A stretch of 54,972 bases of DNA from Octopus bimaculoides (GCF_001194135.2 NC_068995.1:39226550-39281521), one strand, 5' to 3'. Positions 26,626 to 39,877 are shown, numbered from the stretch's first letter. Translations and numbers: made by a program. Notes: a model not told the origin generated them from the sequence alone.

Positions 26626-27072
26626 TAGCCAATTAGATCGCAACTGGCACTTAATTTATCGACCCCGAAAGGATGAAAGGCCAAATCAACTTCGGCGAAA
26701 TTTGAACTCAGAACGGAGCGATGGGCAAAATACTGCTAAGAATTTCGTCCAGCGTGCTAACGCAAGCCAGTAAGTCTTCCATGTTAATGATCTTTTTTCT
26801 TTGATTTCGTATCAAAAAAAGTTTTAAAATCCGAGGCAAGCTTCGAAAATCTCGTCGCCACTTTCATATTCTAGACAAACGCTGGATGTATAATTTAACG
26901 AAGCGGAGGTAAAATTAATGTGTTCATATGATGTACTTTGCGAGACTCCAAGACGCCGTCTTAACATCACCTACTGACGTCTCGTCTCAACCAATACGCT
27001 ACACTTCATAAGAGTTGGCTAGTTCATTCTTCCAGACACCCAGAGGTGTCAATGACTCTCGCTGCAACAAAC

Positions 27073-27110
<38 letters not shown>

Positions 27111-27222
27111 ATTGGGAGGTAGGTAGGTAGGTAGGTAGGTAGGTAGAACATTTATTTACACGATATCTAAGTAAATAATGTTTGCTATAAACATAGATTT
27201 AAAATATTTATACATCACTTAC

Positions 27223-27338
27223 TTCACGTATCTTCCTGACAATATTTGTTCAGTTTGAAGACGCAGGCTGTCAACTGTAGAACCCTCATAGTCGTAAATT
27301 AATGCAAGAACGTCGGGATGCGTGGCACTGAATAGAAG
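27223..27338 (-). CDS. ECT2L: ECT2L coding exon 9 (LLFSATHPDVLALIYDYEGSTVDSLRLQTEQILSGRYV)
   Basis: Matches ECT2L V.SVVYEHS.TLESL...IEKALDG. TTTTCTGTAACAG acceptor, GAA|GTAAGT donor, phase 0-2. Confidence 0.9.
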
Positions 27339-27726
27339 CTGTTACAGAAAATAATGTCATAGAGCAATGCCTAAGATAATAACTACAATGTCACATAAGG
27401 AATCGTGATCTTATACATTTATATATGTCATAATGCTTATGATATTACAATTATCATAACCATCATAATAATATTATGATCTGTTATGCTTTAAACCCTG
27501 AAGTACACTTTAGAGAACGTGATTTTGTTTCACTACGCCCTTTGAGTATCCAAAAGGAGGCAGATATTGCTTTTCTGCTCGCGGCTGAAAATAGCATTGC
27601 TTCTGTCAATTACTGAGTCACAGACACTCAACCATATGGCTGCTCGCTTTTGCGTATTATAGGGAAATAAAAACAAAATCGCGCCATTTATAGATTACTT
27701 GCGTGTTCAAAGGGTTATTATAGATA

Positions 27727-28250
27727 TGGGTTTCAAATTTTGGTACAGAGCCAACAATTCCGATGAAGTGACTAAGTCAATTACATCGACCCTAGTGCTC
27801 CATGGCTACATATTTTATTGAAAGGCGAAAGGCAAAGTTGACTTCGGTGGAATTTGAGCTCAGAACGTAATGACGGACGCGATGCGCTAAGCATTTTGCC
27901 CGGAGTGTTAACGATGCTGCCATTTCACCGCCTTGGTTAATATTGGTTTCAAATTTTGGCAACGGCCAGCAAGTTTGGTGTTGTGATAATTCAATTACAT
28001 TGACCCCAGTACTGAACTGGTACATATTTTATCGGCCCCGAAATATGAAACGCAAAGTCGACGTCGGTAGAATTTAAAATCAGACATAATGACGGACTAA
28101 GCATTTTGCACAGCATGCACATACTTTTGTCAGCTCGAAGACTTACAATAGTTTCAAATTTTGCTGCAAGGGTAACAACTTGCAGGGAGGGGATAAGTCG
28201 ATTACTCGACCCCAGTTTTCACCTGATACTTACTTTTATCGACCCCGAAC
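27727..28250 (-). mobile_element. Three head-to-tail SINE family A copies
   Basis: Units start at about 27727, 27941 and 28148, each with GTTTCAAATTTTG tail, then GACCC..GTACTTA core, then head. The third is truncated. Confidence 0.85.
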
Positions 28251-28763
28251 AATTCCAATCGGTTAAGAATTTGGTGTTTATATGAATTGTCGGATAAGAG
28301 TTCACAATTTAATAATTTAAGGGTAAATAAATTTGGTAAAAATTATTAGATAATATAAATATACAAATTAAGGTAAAGGATATCCTTTACGGCCAACGTA
28401 TATGATACATAGATTTTACATATAACCTTTACATGTAATTTTATTCACTTATAGCAAACATTTATTTGTATATTTATTTGTTGTATGCTCTAAATTATAC
28501 TTTAGAATTTGTATTGATTACCTAGATGTGTTACTTCTATAATTTCCCTTATGTGTGTGTGCGTGCGTGCGTATTTATATATGTATATATATATATGTGA
28601 ATATATGCTTGAATTTGTATATGTATTTATGCACGTAGGTGTGCATGCATGTATCTGCATCACGCCGGTGTCTGGTGAGTCTATCTGCGCTAAGTTATTT
28701 AACCAGACACTCTACTGCTTTTCAAGAAGAACGTATTGTTAATTTTATTAAAGTAACTCTTAC

Positions 28764-28836
28764 CTCGTAACCTGCTATTCTAGAGGATATCAGTACAATA
28801 CGTGAATATTCAACGTTTACGACTCCGTTCGACTTT
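28764..28836 (-). CDS. ECT2L: ECT2L coding exon 8 (KSNGVVNVEYSRIVLISSRIAGYE)
   Basis: RIVLISSRIAGYE matches ECT2L HFMLISSRIPAYE. GAG|GTAAGA donor, phase 2-0. Confidence 0.88.
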
Positions 28837-29684
28837 CTGTTTGAGAAATAACATGATGTCATATAATCAGTGAAATAAACTTGGTTAAAAAAAACTTGTT
28901 TAAACACGACAAATAAATCATTGTTTTAACGATTGTTAAATTATTAATGCATTAATACTGCTTTGTCCTTATACAGCACACCAGGATATATCGTTTGATT
29001 TTAAGCTAAACTAAATGTAATAGATGCAAGCAACTTGACATTATGTAGACGATTTTCATGTTCAAAATAAAAGAAAGATTATTTGCACTACTTTATGTCT
29101 TGCTTTAGATTTCATGAACGACATTGAACTCACTTTTACTTTTCCCGTCGACTTTTAAACAAATCACGCAGAATTTAATTAATTCGGATAGATGGATTTC
29201 ATAATACAACTCATTTTTTCCGGTTTTATTTTATTTCTATATCGTCATGTACTGCAGAATGTATCTGAAGATTTTAGAAATACCGTCATAGGGAATATAG
29301 TCGAAGACTAAATAATAAGATAGAAGTTGATATTGCGAGCATTGTGCTTGCGGTCATAGTGATACTCATTAATTTAAAAGTAAGCTCTCTGTAAAGAAAC
29401 ATGCAGTTCCTATTTACCTCTGCCTTCACCTTATTTATGTTACAAAAGCCTTTGAGGAACTCGTGAATATTACCTGTTTACTCAGTGTGAAATGGAAGCG
29501 TTACCGCTACAAAGAATGCAAACTATTGCAAGCAAAACCATCTTAGTTGGTTTGTTGTTCTTGAAGCTGTTATTGGCTCTGAGTCCCAGATTAGCTCCAA
29601 AAAAAGCCCTCAGAAAAAGCATTCTAAATGTGGCTATCTCAATGTTTTTTGTATCTACAACACTACATTAACTGAAGTGATATA

Positions 29685-29899
29685 CTGGTTTCAAATTTTG
29701 GCACAAGGCCAGCAGTTTCGGGAAAGGGACTAAATTGATTACATCGACCTTAGTTCTCAACCGGTACTTATTTTATTGATCCCGAAAGGATAAAAGGCAA
29801 AGACGACCACTGCTGAATTTGAACACAGAACGTAAGAAGGACAAATTGCAGTTAAGCAGTTTACACTGGGTGCTAACGATTCTGCTAGCTCGCCGCCTT
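29685..29899 (-). mobile_element. SINE family A copy
   Basis: Full-length reverse copy ending GCTAGCTCGCCGCCTT. Confidence 0.85.
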
Positions 29900-30229
29900 G
29901 ATGTGTTCTTCTATTAAGAAGGTAATATGTGATTATCGAAGGAAAATTTAGCTGTTATTTTTTGTGGGTCGAATGACGATGAAAACGTTTTCACACTGGC
30001 TGATAGATGTAAATAAATTCATGGATTGAAGTCTCTTTATACTGATCTCAGATTCTTTTCGGCATAAAATATAAGCAACGACTAATGGATTTTGACTTTC
30101 TAACACACAAAATTATCAATTTCTTATCTCAATCTGATTACAATTTCACTAAGATCAACGCTAACAGTAAAAACAGCATCAATAATAATTATCAAACACA
30201 CACAAAAAAAAAGGGGTAAAAGCATTTAC

Positions 30230-30390
30230 CTTTGTATTGGATTATGAAAGGACAAATCCCAGTTGAATTCCCAGGGCTGTTCGATAAGGTACCGCAGCCG
30301 AGTTTCATTGAAGTTTTCTATAGCTTGTGTTTCTGACAGTAGCAATCGGGAACGGTAATCCACTTTTTCTAGCGGTTGCTGAATAGTATT
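30230..30390 (-). CDS. ECT2L: ECT2L coding exon 7 (NTIQQPLEKVDYRSRLLLSE...WEFNWDLSFHNPIQR)
   Basis: Pyrimidine tract plus CTGTAG acceptor, AAAG|GTAAAT donor. Open 161 nt, phase 0-2, matching its neighbours. Lies in a poorly conserved linker, so support is mainly structural. Confidence 0.72.
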
Positions 30391-30954
30391 CTACAGATAA
30401 ATGAAAACTGTATTTAAAACACACGATAAATTAGTAATTAAGCGTAACAGCTTTATTCAGAATATATTTTCAGTCAAAAGAAGAACAGAAATTCCGCTAC
30501 TATCATGTAAGGAGTAACGATCTAATATCGATTATCAATTGTAACTATTTCAGTTTTGTTATGCGAATCATGCTATTTAGAAAGACATACGTGTCACAAC
30601 AAAATATATCATTATTAGTAAAGAGTCAGGTATAGCATTGACTCACACAATCGAAAGTCCTCTACACGTAAAATAAGCCTTTGTCTAAGAAGTTTTTTTT
30701 TGTACTCCTTTTTCATTTTCCTCTTATTATTATTTTGCATGTTTCTGTCTAGGGTCCGTGACCATGTTCAAGCAACATTTTGCAGAGTCAGTTTAATATA
30801 ATGACTTCAGAACTCTTTCCAAGCCCTCTATTTATTCTTTTGTATCTTTTACCGAACCACTAAATTGCAGGGACGTAAATAAACCAACACCGATCGTCAA
30901 GTGGCTAGGATACGACCACAAATGCACAAACACAAGCACTCACATATATGAATG

Positions 30955-30999
<45 letters not shown>

Positions 31000-31000
31000 C

Positions 31001-31064
<64 letters not shown>

Positions 31065-32315
31065 CCTATTTGTCTATCTACCTATCAACATTATCTATCT
31101 ATCAATGGTGCAATCAATTAAAGATGCGATTTTTCTCCATTATTGTTGTTGTCTTATACTCCCAATTCCATGGAATTCTTCTATGTGATATTTGGATTTA
31201 CTTGCATACATGAATTACTTTGGATGTTAATCCTGCTTGTATTTATTCGTATCTCTTTGATATATTTACCGAAAGTTTTCTAATATTCAGTGCTTTATAG
31301 TTATCTGTCTGGATTTATTAAACCCTTTTACTTCTTTTATATATATGTGTGTGTATGAGACTGTGTGTTTGTGTGTAATAATGTATGTGTATATATATNN
31401 NNNNNNNNNNNNNNNNNNNNNNNNNNNNNNTATATATATACGAAGAGTTTCACACCCAACTCCGCCGATCAAATTCACTTATATGGGATTGACCTAAAGG
31501 AAAAGAATAGAACTTGCCCAAAACGCCGGGAAATGGAACTGAACTCCAAACCATGTGATTTCGAAAGCAAATTCTTGTACAGACATCTACGCTCCTTATA
31601 ATATATATGATAGGGTGAATTATTTATAAGAGATGATGAATTCAGCACATAAAATATTCTATGCATGAAATTGATTCCATGATTATCGAGGAATTACTTT
31701 TATATACAGTCTAATATTGGAAACTTTCCACCAGAAGATTTACATAAGAAATCAAAAGAAGATGTAATTGGTAATGTAGGGTCTGATGGTAACCTCAACG
31801 AAGGTCAACATTGCACCTATTTGGTCCCCGACCATGTTCTTTCGTTATATTTCTGTTTTAACGTCAGGAACGTTAGACATTAGCCTTAAGTGTGGCCTTT
31901 AGCGCAGTGGTTTTCAAACTAACAAATACTACTTTTTTCAAAAACGTGATTAAAATATTTCGACAGTCCTCTAACTTCTATATTAATGTTTCTGTTTTAT
32001 CATTCCTCGATAATCATGGAATATGTGTATGAGAAACAGATTTCACATCCAAATTGTCCTTTCTTAAATAAAGATGTTTGACAAAATCATTTAATTGGAA
32101 ACCGTTTTTATCATTAAATATGATGATTTGTCCTCATCTTTTCAATATTCTCAGAAAACACCGAATTGGTGTACTGTGCATAATGTATCAGACGATATCG
32201 TCTAAAACGTTGTAACAAAACTGCAGTTGTTAACAATTAATTAATGCAATTATTATTATAATATTAGTTATGCCTTGATGGTACAAACCATAGACCTTAA
32301 GCATGAACAACTTAC

Positions 32316-32554
32316 TAACGAGCTGAGTTGGTCTACCGTATGACTTATATTGAGAGAACGTTTAACAAAACTGTTTTCGTTCGTATGTATCTTCCACTTG
32401 TTGTAAACTGTGGTGTAAGGCTGAGTGGTCTTATAGTTGGCGGTACTCTGAATATTTTGTTCAGCTCCGTAGAGGAAAGCATAAAATGATTTTTCCAAGT
32501 CTTTTGGCTTGAAATCGGGACCTTTCCATGCTGGACGAATACTGTATAAAGAAC
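32316..32554 (-). CDS. ECT2L: ECT2L coding exon 6 (SLYSIRPAWKGPDFKPKDLEK...SHTVDQLSSL)
   Basis: SLYSIRPAW aligns with ECT2L ELFKVRPPW. TTTACAG acceptor (phase 1), TTA|GTAAGT donor (phase 0), open over 239 nt. Confidence 0.78.
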
Positions 32555-33619
32555 CTGTAAATAAATATTGAATCAACTAACAAAGCAATAAACGTGTGAA
32601 TAATATTATAAATCTCGAGTTGCTTTAAATATATCTGCAAAATGTGATTCTAGACTTTGACAGTCTTTATATTTAAGCGATATACATGACAGCAATGGAC
32701 GTCAACAAAACGCTCATTAATGTTATAATGTTTTCTTTTTTGCGGTAAACCGGCACCTACGTTTTACAATACATTGCCTTGCAAGAGAGAAGTATGTCTT
32801 CTACTATAGAGATGTATTGGGAATTGAATTAGATTACGTGTGTCAGCTAGCGTAAGACATATAACCAATGATAACTACCGGTTCTTTGTTTTCGTAATTA
32901 GTTCATATTTGATTTATTTGGTTGGTAGGCAAGCTACTTACCACACAGCCACTCCTGCGCCTATGTTCAGAAATATTCCAAAAGTACTCATCCGTTGATT
33001 TTAAAATAGAAAAATTACATTCGCTACTTTAAGACAGTAATGTGTTGTTTAAATGGATTTTTTTTTTATCCCAGTATGCAGCAACATACAACAGCAATGT
33101 AACGATTACTTTGTTCACTTAGAGAGAACTCCGTTGGTTGCTGAGATGTTCATTGAAACCAATAAATTCAACATAGTCGTTCAAATGAATCGTTTCTTTG
33201 AGAATTTAAATGGGTGACATATTTACTCTAAGATATAGGAGCCAACATATACATCTCTCATTATAATTATGGTACAAAACTTAGTGAAAAATAATTGGCT
33301 ACTATAGGGAACAGGGAGTTTGATCAGATAAAAAGGCGTTCACCTCTCTCAATGAAATAGGTCATTAGACATAAAGTTGTGATTAGACACGTTCCAAAAT
33401 TTGTAAATTCGACAACAATAAAGCGAGAAAATTGAAATTAATTACCTTGAGTTCCTGAGGAGTCGTATTTGGTAAATGATGCTGATCTTTTCCGTCTCCT
33501 AGCATCTGTGCTATCATTAAGCTGATTATTCTGAATATATATGTATATATATATGAACGTATGTATATATGTACGTAAGTGTCTATCTATCTATTTATCT
33601 ATGTATATTCTTTTATTCT

Positions 33620-33790
33620 TTTATTTGTTTCAGTAATTTGACTGCGGCCATGCTGGAGCACCGACTTTTGTCGAACAAATCAACCCTAGGACTTATTCTT
33701 TGCAAGCCAAGTACTTATTCTATCTATCTCTTTTGCCGAACCGCTAAGTTATGGGAAAATAAGCTTTTGAAAGGGGTGTGTAAAACAGCC
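33620..33790. repeat. Interspersed repeat family C
   Basis: GTTTCAGTAATTTGACTGCGGCCATGCTGGAGCACC...GTACTTATTCT...GCCGAACCGCTAAG recurs at about 450-625, 19010-19200, 30765-30915, 35825-35975 and 48950-49120. Confidence 0.8.
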
Positions 33791-34417
33791 AATTCACTGG
33801 TACGTCAATTGAATACCACATAAATAGGCGTATAATGCAAATTACAAACAATAAATTAAGTAGAGAGATTCAATTGACAATCCAATATTAATTTATATTA
33901 TAATGTAACATAATATACTATGAATATAATATAATATAAGATAATATTAAAAATCATTAAAAAAAGGCCAAAAGAGCCAACAATTTGTTTCGACTAATAT
34001 ACATTATTTGATATATAAACAATTCATATTCATTAAGATAAGTCTCTTCAGAGCTTTTCTTTAAAGACAGACGAAATATTCCGTGTGAAAGCACGGCTTG
34101 ATTGTAAAAAATATTAATCCAAATGCCTATGTTCATGAGCTTGAGCGTTAACTTTTCAACTACATAACAATTACGATAAAAAAAAACAACAACATCGTGA
34201 CGAACAAAATAATTAATTGAATAGAATCTGCAACTATCGAAATATATTTCTATATATCTCAAATAATATTAATCCAAATTTGTTTAGGTCGAAGACAATC
34301 TTTGGTTACTATAATAACATACAACAAAAATATATAAGTATATGAATTATCAGGTTCTTACTTAATCTTCCGTCCCTCTCATTAATCACATTAATACACA
34401 AACATACACATACACGC

Positions 34418-34455
<38 letters not shown>

Positions 34456-34573
34456 TATGTATACATATGTATGCGCGTGTGTATAAGTGTTTGTAAGCAC
34501 ATGCATAGGTACATATTTTGATTTATCATTTTGCAAGGAAAACGTTAACAGTAACTTGTAAGTTTCATCTTAC

Positions 34574-34649
34574 TCACTTTCATATGGAGTGAAGAAGATA
34601 TGAAAGTCGAAACTTTGAGGTCACTCTCATCCTCTTCTTTGTAATAGTT
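34574..34649 (-). CDS. ECT2L: ECT2L putative coding exon 5 (NYYKEEDESDLKVSTFISSSLHMKV)
   Basis: Weak homology (acidic stretch at the expected position). It supplies exactly the phase 0 to 1 transition needed between exons 4 and 6, using donor GTGA|GTAAGA; an alternative donor AAA|GTGAGT lies 4 nt upstream. Confidence 0.55.
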
Positions 34650-35400
34650 CTATACAATACTCTACTGAAAAGTATTGCGTCATCCTTCAGTTTAATGTTT
34701 ACTTCTTTGTATATAACAACATAAAAACAAGGATTGATGTATATGTTTCTCTATATGTGATATAATTTTTTATTCTTTTGTGCGTGAATACACTTTATAT
34801 ACAGTAAGATAATTTTGAGTAGTAGCTTACACTAGCCTTGAAAATTAATTACTCATATTAAAATATGTATAGTGTCAGTAATTTGGAAAAGGGGAAGTAT
34901 TTAGGAAAATAACACTCCGACGTGTTATTATCACGCTTATCATTATCGTTCAAGCTCATTTATTTTCCAAAGACCCATCCGAAGGTGTAGATCTGATGTA
35001 ATCAAAATGTGAATGCTTGGCAAGTAACATAGAAGCACACCTAGAAAGGCCATTAGATTTATTAAAATGTATTCATTTTCATCATTGTGCGCGCTTCAGC
35101 TTGTCTGTAATGCTTCACGGAAAGGTTATATACGTTTCAATATTCTTTCCTTTTGTATTCTATTCAGTCATTGGTTTGAGACCATGCTTGAACATCATAT
35201 TCAACACTATAATTCAATTATATCAATCATAAATCTTTATCTAACGCTTAAATTATTTCTACTACGATCTCATTACACTGACGTAATATTTAGATTTAGA
35301 ATGACGAAGGAAAAATACAAGAAACATCCATGAAAATATCTTCCACCCGCGTAAGGAACCGAGACGAAATAGAGAACAAAGTATAAAATTAGCTTCTTGC

Positions 35401-35535
35401 CTTTTCTGGAAGTATGTATTCTATAGTGCAGACACAGGTAATGTAGTGACGTTTCCAGTTTCCATATTCATCAGGATTTGTATTATATGGAAGGTACCAT
35501 CCTCTTTTGATGCATTTAGGCATCCAGATGCTCTC
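35401..35535 (-). CDS. ECT2L: ECT2L coding exon 4 (ESIWMPKCIKRGWYLPYNTNPDEYGNWKRHYITCVCTIEYILPEK)
   Basis: Matches ECT2L DCLWMPKC..FGWFLPY.P..NEYGAWKRHYI.C. TCCAG acceptor. The donor appears to be AAG|GCAAGA (GC-AG); an in-frame TAA follows three codons later. Confidence 0.92.
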
Positions 35536-36063
35536 CTGGATAACACAAAAGAAGACAAGTAAAAACGAAGTAGAATATATATATCAAGCTAAAAACATTT
35601 ATAATACAGGAACATCATTAAGATTAAAAAAAACGGTAAGTTATAAATTTATAGTACAATACTAATGCGCAGGCTCGGATGTGTGGTGACTAGTTTGCTT
35701 TTCAATCGGAAGTGCCTTCTACTATAGCCTTGGCCTGACCAAAGCCTTTGAGTGGATTTGATAGACGGTAACTGAAAGCAGCCCACCGTGTAAAAATGTG
35801 TTTGTGTGTGTATTCATTGACGTGTTTCAGTAATTTGACCGCGACTATGCTGGAGCACCTCCATAATGGGATTTAGTCGAAGAAAATCGAAACCAGGACT
35901 TAAGCCTGGTATCTATTCCATCGGTCTCTTTTACCTAACCGCTACGATTCGGAAACATAATCACACCAGCATCGGCGGGCGAGAAAAATTCAAACACACA
36001 CATGAAAACAGCACACACACACACATATATGTATATGTGTATATATGTATATGTGTATATATG

Positions 36064-36094
<31 letters not shown>

Positions 36095-36652
36095 ATNNNN
36101 NNNNNNNNNNNNNNNNNNNNNNNNNNNNNNNNNNNNNNNNNNNNNNNNNNNNNNNNNNNNNNNNNNNNNNNNNNNNNNNNNNNNNNNNNNNNNNNNNNNN
36201 NNNNNNNNNNNNNNNNNNNNNNNNNNNNNNNNNNNNNNNNNNNNNNNNNNNNNNNNNNNNNNNNNNNNNNNNNNNNNNNNNNNNNNNNNNNNNNNNNNNN
36301 NNNNNNNNNNNNNNNNNNNNNNNNNNNNNNNNNNNNNNNNNNNNNNNNNNNNNNNNNNNNNNNNNNNNNNNNNNNNNNNNNNNNNNNNNNNNNNNNNNNN
36401 NNNNNNNNNNNNNNNNNNNNNNNNNNNNNNNNNNNNNNNNNNNNNNNNNNNNNNNNNNNNNNNNNNNNNNNNNNNNNNNNNNNNNNNNNNNNNNNNNNNN
36501 GTTTTTATTGGCTAAACTGGCAATATGACCATCCCCAAGTACAACAACATCTGTTTCAACACACGATTTCACATAAAAAATCTTGCAAAACAAATATGTA
36601 TATATATATATATATACGTGTAAATGTTTGCGTTTCTGTTGGTCCTCTACCA

Positions 36653-36686
<34 letters not shown>

Positions 36687-36971
36687 TATGTGAATATATG
36701 TCTCTATATATATGTGTTTTTGTGTATATATGTATATCTAAGTTTTGTCATCTTAATAAATTTAATAATGTAGAAATTGGAAAATTAATTTTTTAGTGGA
36801 TTAATTCAGAATATATTGAATCTTTCTAGTGCAAATTCTTGTAGTTACTGTAAAATACATCATTAGTAATTTAATATTAATTACATATTACAAATAAGAT
36901 GTCTTCATCATACGGAATAATTATATATATACAAAAATACATTCATTTAATTTATTAATTAATTGATGATC

Positions 36972-37071
<100 letters not shown>

Positions 37072-37074
37072 TAA

Positions 37075-37440
37075 GGAATGCCCTGTTGATGTACCAGGCA
37101 GTGGCTCTCATGGCTTCTGATCTTAACTGAGTAGAAGTGTTATCATGTACATATTTTTGTCTTGTTATACTGATGGGCTACACCAAATATTCTGCTCAGT
37201 ACCACAGATTTGCCTGTCAGTTGCTTGATCTTAACCGGTTGAGTAAGTCCTTTAGTGGCTGACAAGATGTACATCTCTGATCACGAGCAGAAGTAGCGGG
37301 GAGCATCATAGCCATGTGTTGAGTGGAATTCTTTGGGTTTTGGATAATTCACCTGTGGAAACATGGGTGTTTTGTTCGTCATCTTTAAACAACCTTTATT
37401 CAGGGAACTTTTGAGCAGGATGGGCTACTCAGCCTGAGGA
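37075..37440. repeat. Interspersed repeat family D
   Basis: CACAGATTTGC(C/T)T..CAGTTGC..GA(T/C)CTTAACC...GAGCAGAAGTAG...GAGCAT.ATAGCCAT is shared with about 48560-48750. Confidence 0.7.
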
Positions 37441-37671
37441 GATGGTCGAACTTACTACTTATTTTAGTATGTATGCTATCACATCTGTAAGGAATAAAGG
37501 TTCAGACGTCCTCGGCACAATTTCAACTCACAATGCAAAACAGGAAGATGGCTGAATACCGCAAGTATTTTCTCCAACACTCTACAAGTCTTGCTCATCC
37601 AGCCACCTAACACTTCTAAATGTTGCTTTCAAATGTTTGCGCATTACCAGCAATGACTTGGGAGAGAGTAT

Positions 37672-37838
37672 GTTGATTACAGCTACCCAATTGTTCAACT
37701 GGCACTTATTGTACTTAGCCTGAATGAACGACAATCTAAGTTGACTTCAACAGAATTTGAAATCAGAATGTAAAGACGGACTAAATGGCGCTAAGCATTT
37801 TGCTCAGCATGCTAACGATTTTGCCACCTCGCCGCCTT
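37672..37838 (-). mobile_element. SINE family A copy (diverged)
   Basis: GCTAAGCATTTTGCTCAGCATGCTAACGATTTTGCCACCTCGCCGCCTT head in reverse. Confidence 0.75.
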
Positions 37839-39111
37839 AACACATCTAAATATAAAATTAGCTTCTACACAGACATTAAATAACGCATTTCTGAAGAGAA
37901 ACATTGTTGCTAGATAGGAAACTTGTACATGACTAGTACATATTCAGTCAATACGAGGTCGATGTACATAAATGATTAGGTATAGTGGATGAAATGCGAG
38001 GTCAATATTGAAAGGATTTTGAACTTAAAATGCTGATATTTGAAACAGAAATACTATCAAGCGTTTTCTCCTGTGCACTATTGCATCTGGCTCGTTGCTG
38101 GCTTCACAGATTACAATGATAATCTGATTAAATACATTAAGTTCCTATCAATAGAGACGAGCTGTATTGATTTATAAGTGATAATCCTTACAAAGCAAAT
38201 ATTGGAGAACAGAGCCATGTAATCTGAATGCTTGTAATAACTACAAGTGCCCAGGCGAGACTCTAAGTGGTCATGTAATTTACTAGTAAAAGCAATAAAA
38301 TCTCTCTTAACACTCTACTTCTTCAAAAAGGAAAAGACAACTATGGTTAGTGTATTCTGAGGTAGAATGTGTCAGATCAAAAAATATGGGAGCATCACAA
38401 CTGGAATGTCTTTGATATTAAGGGTTGCTCCATTAGGACTAATACGTAACTAAATATGTAACGATCAGATGGTTGCTACGTGAGGCGTTTTCTAGTTACG
38501 ATAGCTATTATTTGAGATTATGCTAAATACTATCTCCTGAAAGTAACATGCATACCTAAAAAGCAAGTGTAACGTCATAATATTTGTTATGCTGTCTTAC
38601 ATACGACAAGATCTTTTCAAGATACGCTTGAATAAACTTTTCCTGAAAGTAATCCCTTCGTGCCCCCATCTTTTTCTCTATGTCTATTCCCATATCGAAA
38701 TTTTAAAATTGTTCGGTGTGATTCAATTCAATGCGCGTGTTATTTCTAGTTAACAAAGAACACTTCAAAACAACCTCGTTTGCACAATACAATACATTCA
38801 ATAGGGAATGTTTAGTTTCATTGGAATTCTAAGAAATATCTATGTTGCTGTGTATTCTAAATGAAGGAACCTAATTTCTTTCGTTGTTTAGACATTGGTA
38901 AAGTCTGATCGAGCAAACCTATGATTAAAAGCATTTCATTAGTGACCATCACGATTTATATTCAGTAATAGTACATCTACATATATAATACTCAGTGTCT
39001 TCTACCAATCATCTTTCTGATTGCTCAAATGAGTAGGAGTTACTCTGTGCGTTTGTGGGGAGCAAAATATTTAGACACTGTGAGATTCTGTTACGTGTTA
39101 GACATTTAAGT

Positions 39112-39545
39112 TGAATATGTAAAATATTACTATTGCATATAATTTAAATGCGAATATGTAAAATGTTACTTCACACAATACGAATGTCGATATTTGAAAT
39201 GTTTCTAAATATACATGCGAATATGTGGTAACTTACTACATCACAATATTAATGTCAATATCTCAAACGCTAGTACAGTATAAAATATGTATGTAAATAG
39301 GTGAAACATTATTACATCCCAATATAAATGTATACATGTCAAAGGTAACTATATCACATAGCAGGAAAGAAAATATACGAAATGTTAGTACAGCACATAA
39401 TACAAATGTGAATATGTGAAACGTTACTGCAGAACGTAACACAAATATAGATATGTGAAACTATACTATTACATACAATATTAATATCAACATGTGAAAC
39501 GAAACTACTACACATTATACTGTGAACGCAAATTTGTGAAACGAT
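39112..39545. repeat. Highly degenerate 35-40 bp tandem array
   Basis: Recurring AATATGTGAAA(C)GTTACTAC..CACAATAT-like unit, roughly a dozen copies. Confidence 0.65.
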
Positions 39546-39762
39546 TTTCAATTGTTTGTGGTCTACAATTTGTGGTTTTTTATGGTGATGTGTATAAATA
39601 CAGCAACTAAGCCTTCTAGGGAGATAAAATAATCATTACCTACTTATAGACAAGGCAATACATTTCTAAAGAAGAGTGTTAAAATCATGATGATATCAGG
39701 GTTAACAGTATATCTAAAATTACTGATGTAAAAACTTTGTGTTGCCTAATTATGTTGTAAAT

Positions 39763-39877
39763 CATGCATTATCTCAATAAACGCCCACTCACAAATACCA
39801 TGCATTATCTCAATAAACGCCCACTCACAAATACCATGCATTATCTCATTAAACGGCCACTCACAAATACCATGCAT
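39763..39877. repeat. 36-bp minisatellite, 3.2 copies
   Basis: CATGCATTATCTCAATAAACGCCCACTCACAAATAC repeated contiguously. Confidence 0.93.

Noticed and set aside
28837-28879. Upstream acceptor extending exon 8
   Set aside because: It would start in phase 1, incompatible with the phase-2 end of exon 7.
39763-39877. 36-bp repeats of CRISPR-like length
   Set aside because: Units are contiguous with no unique spacers, there are no cas genes, and the context is eukaryotic intron.
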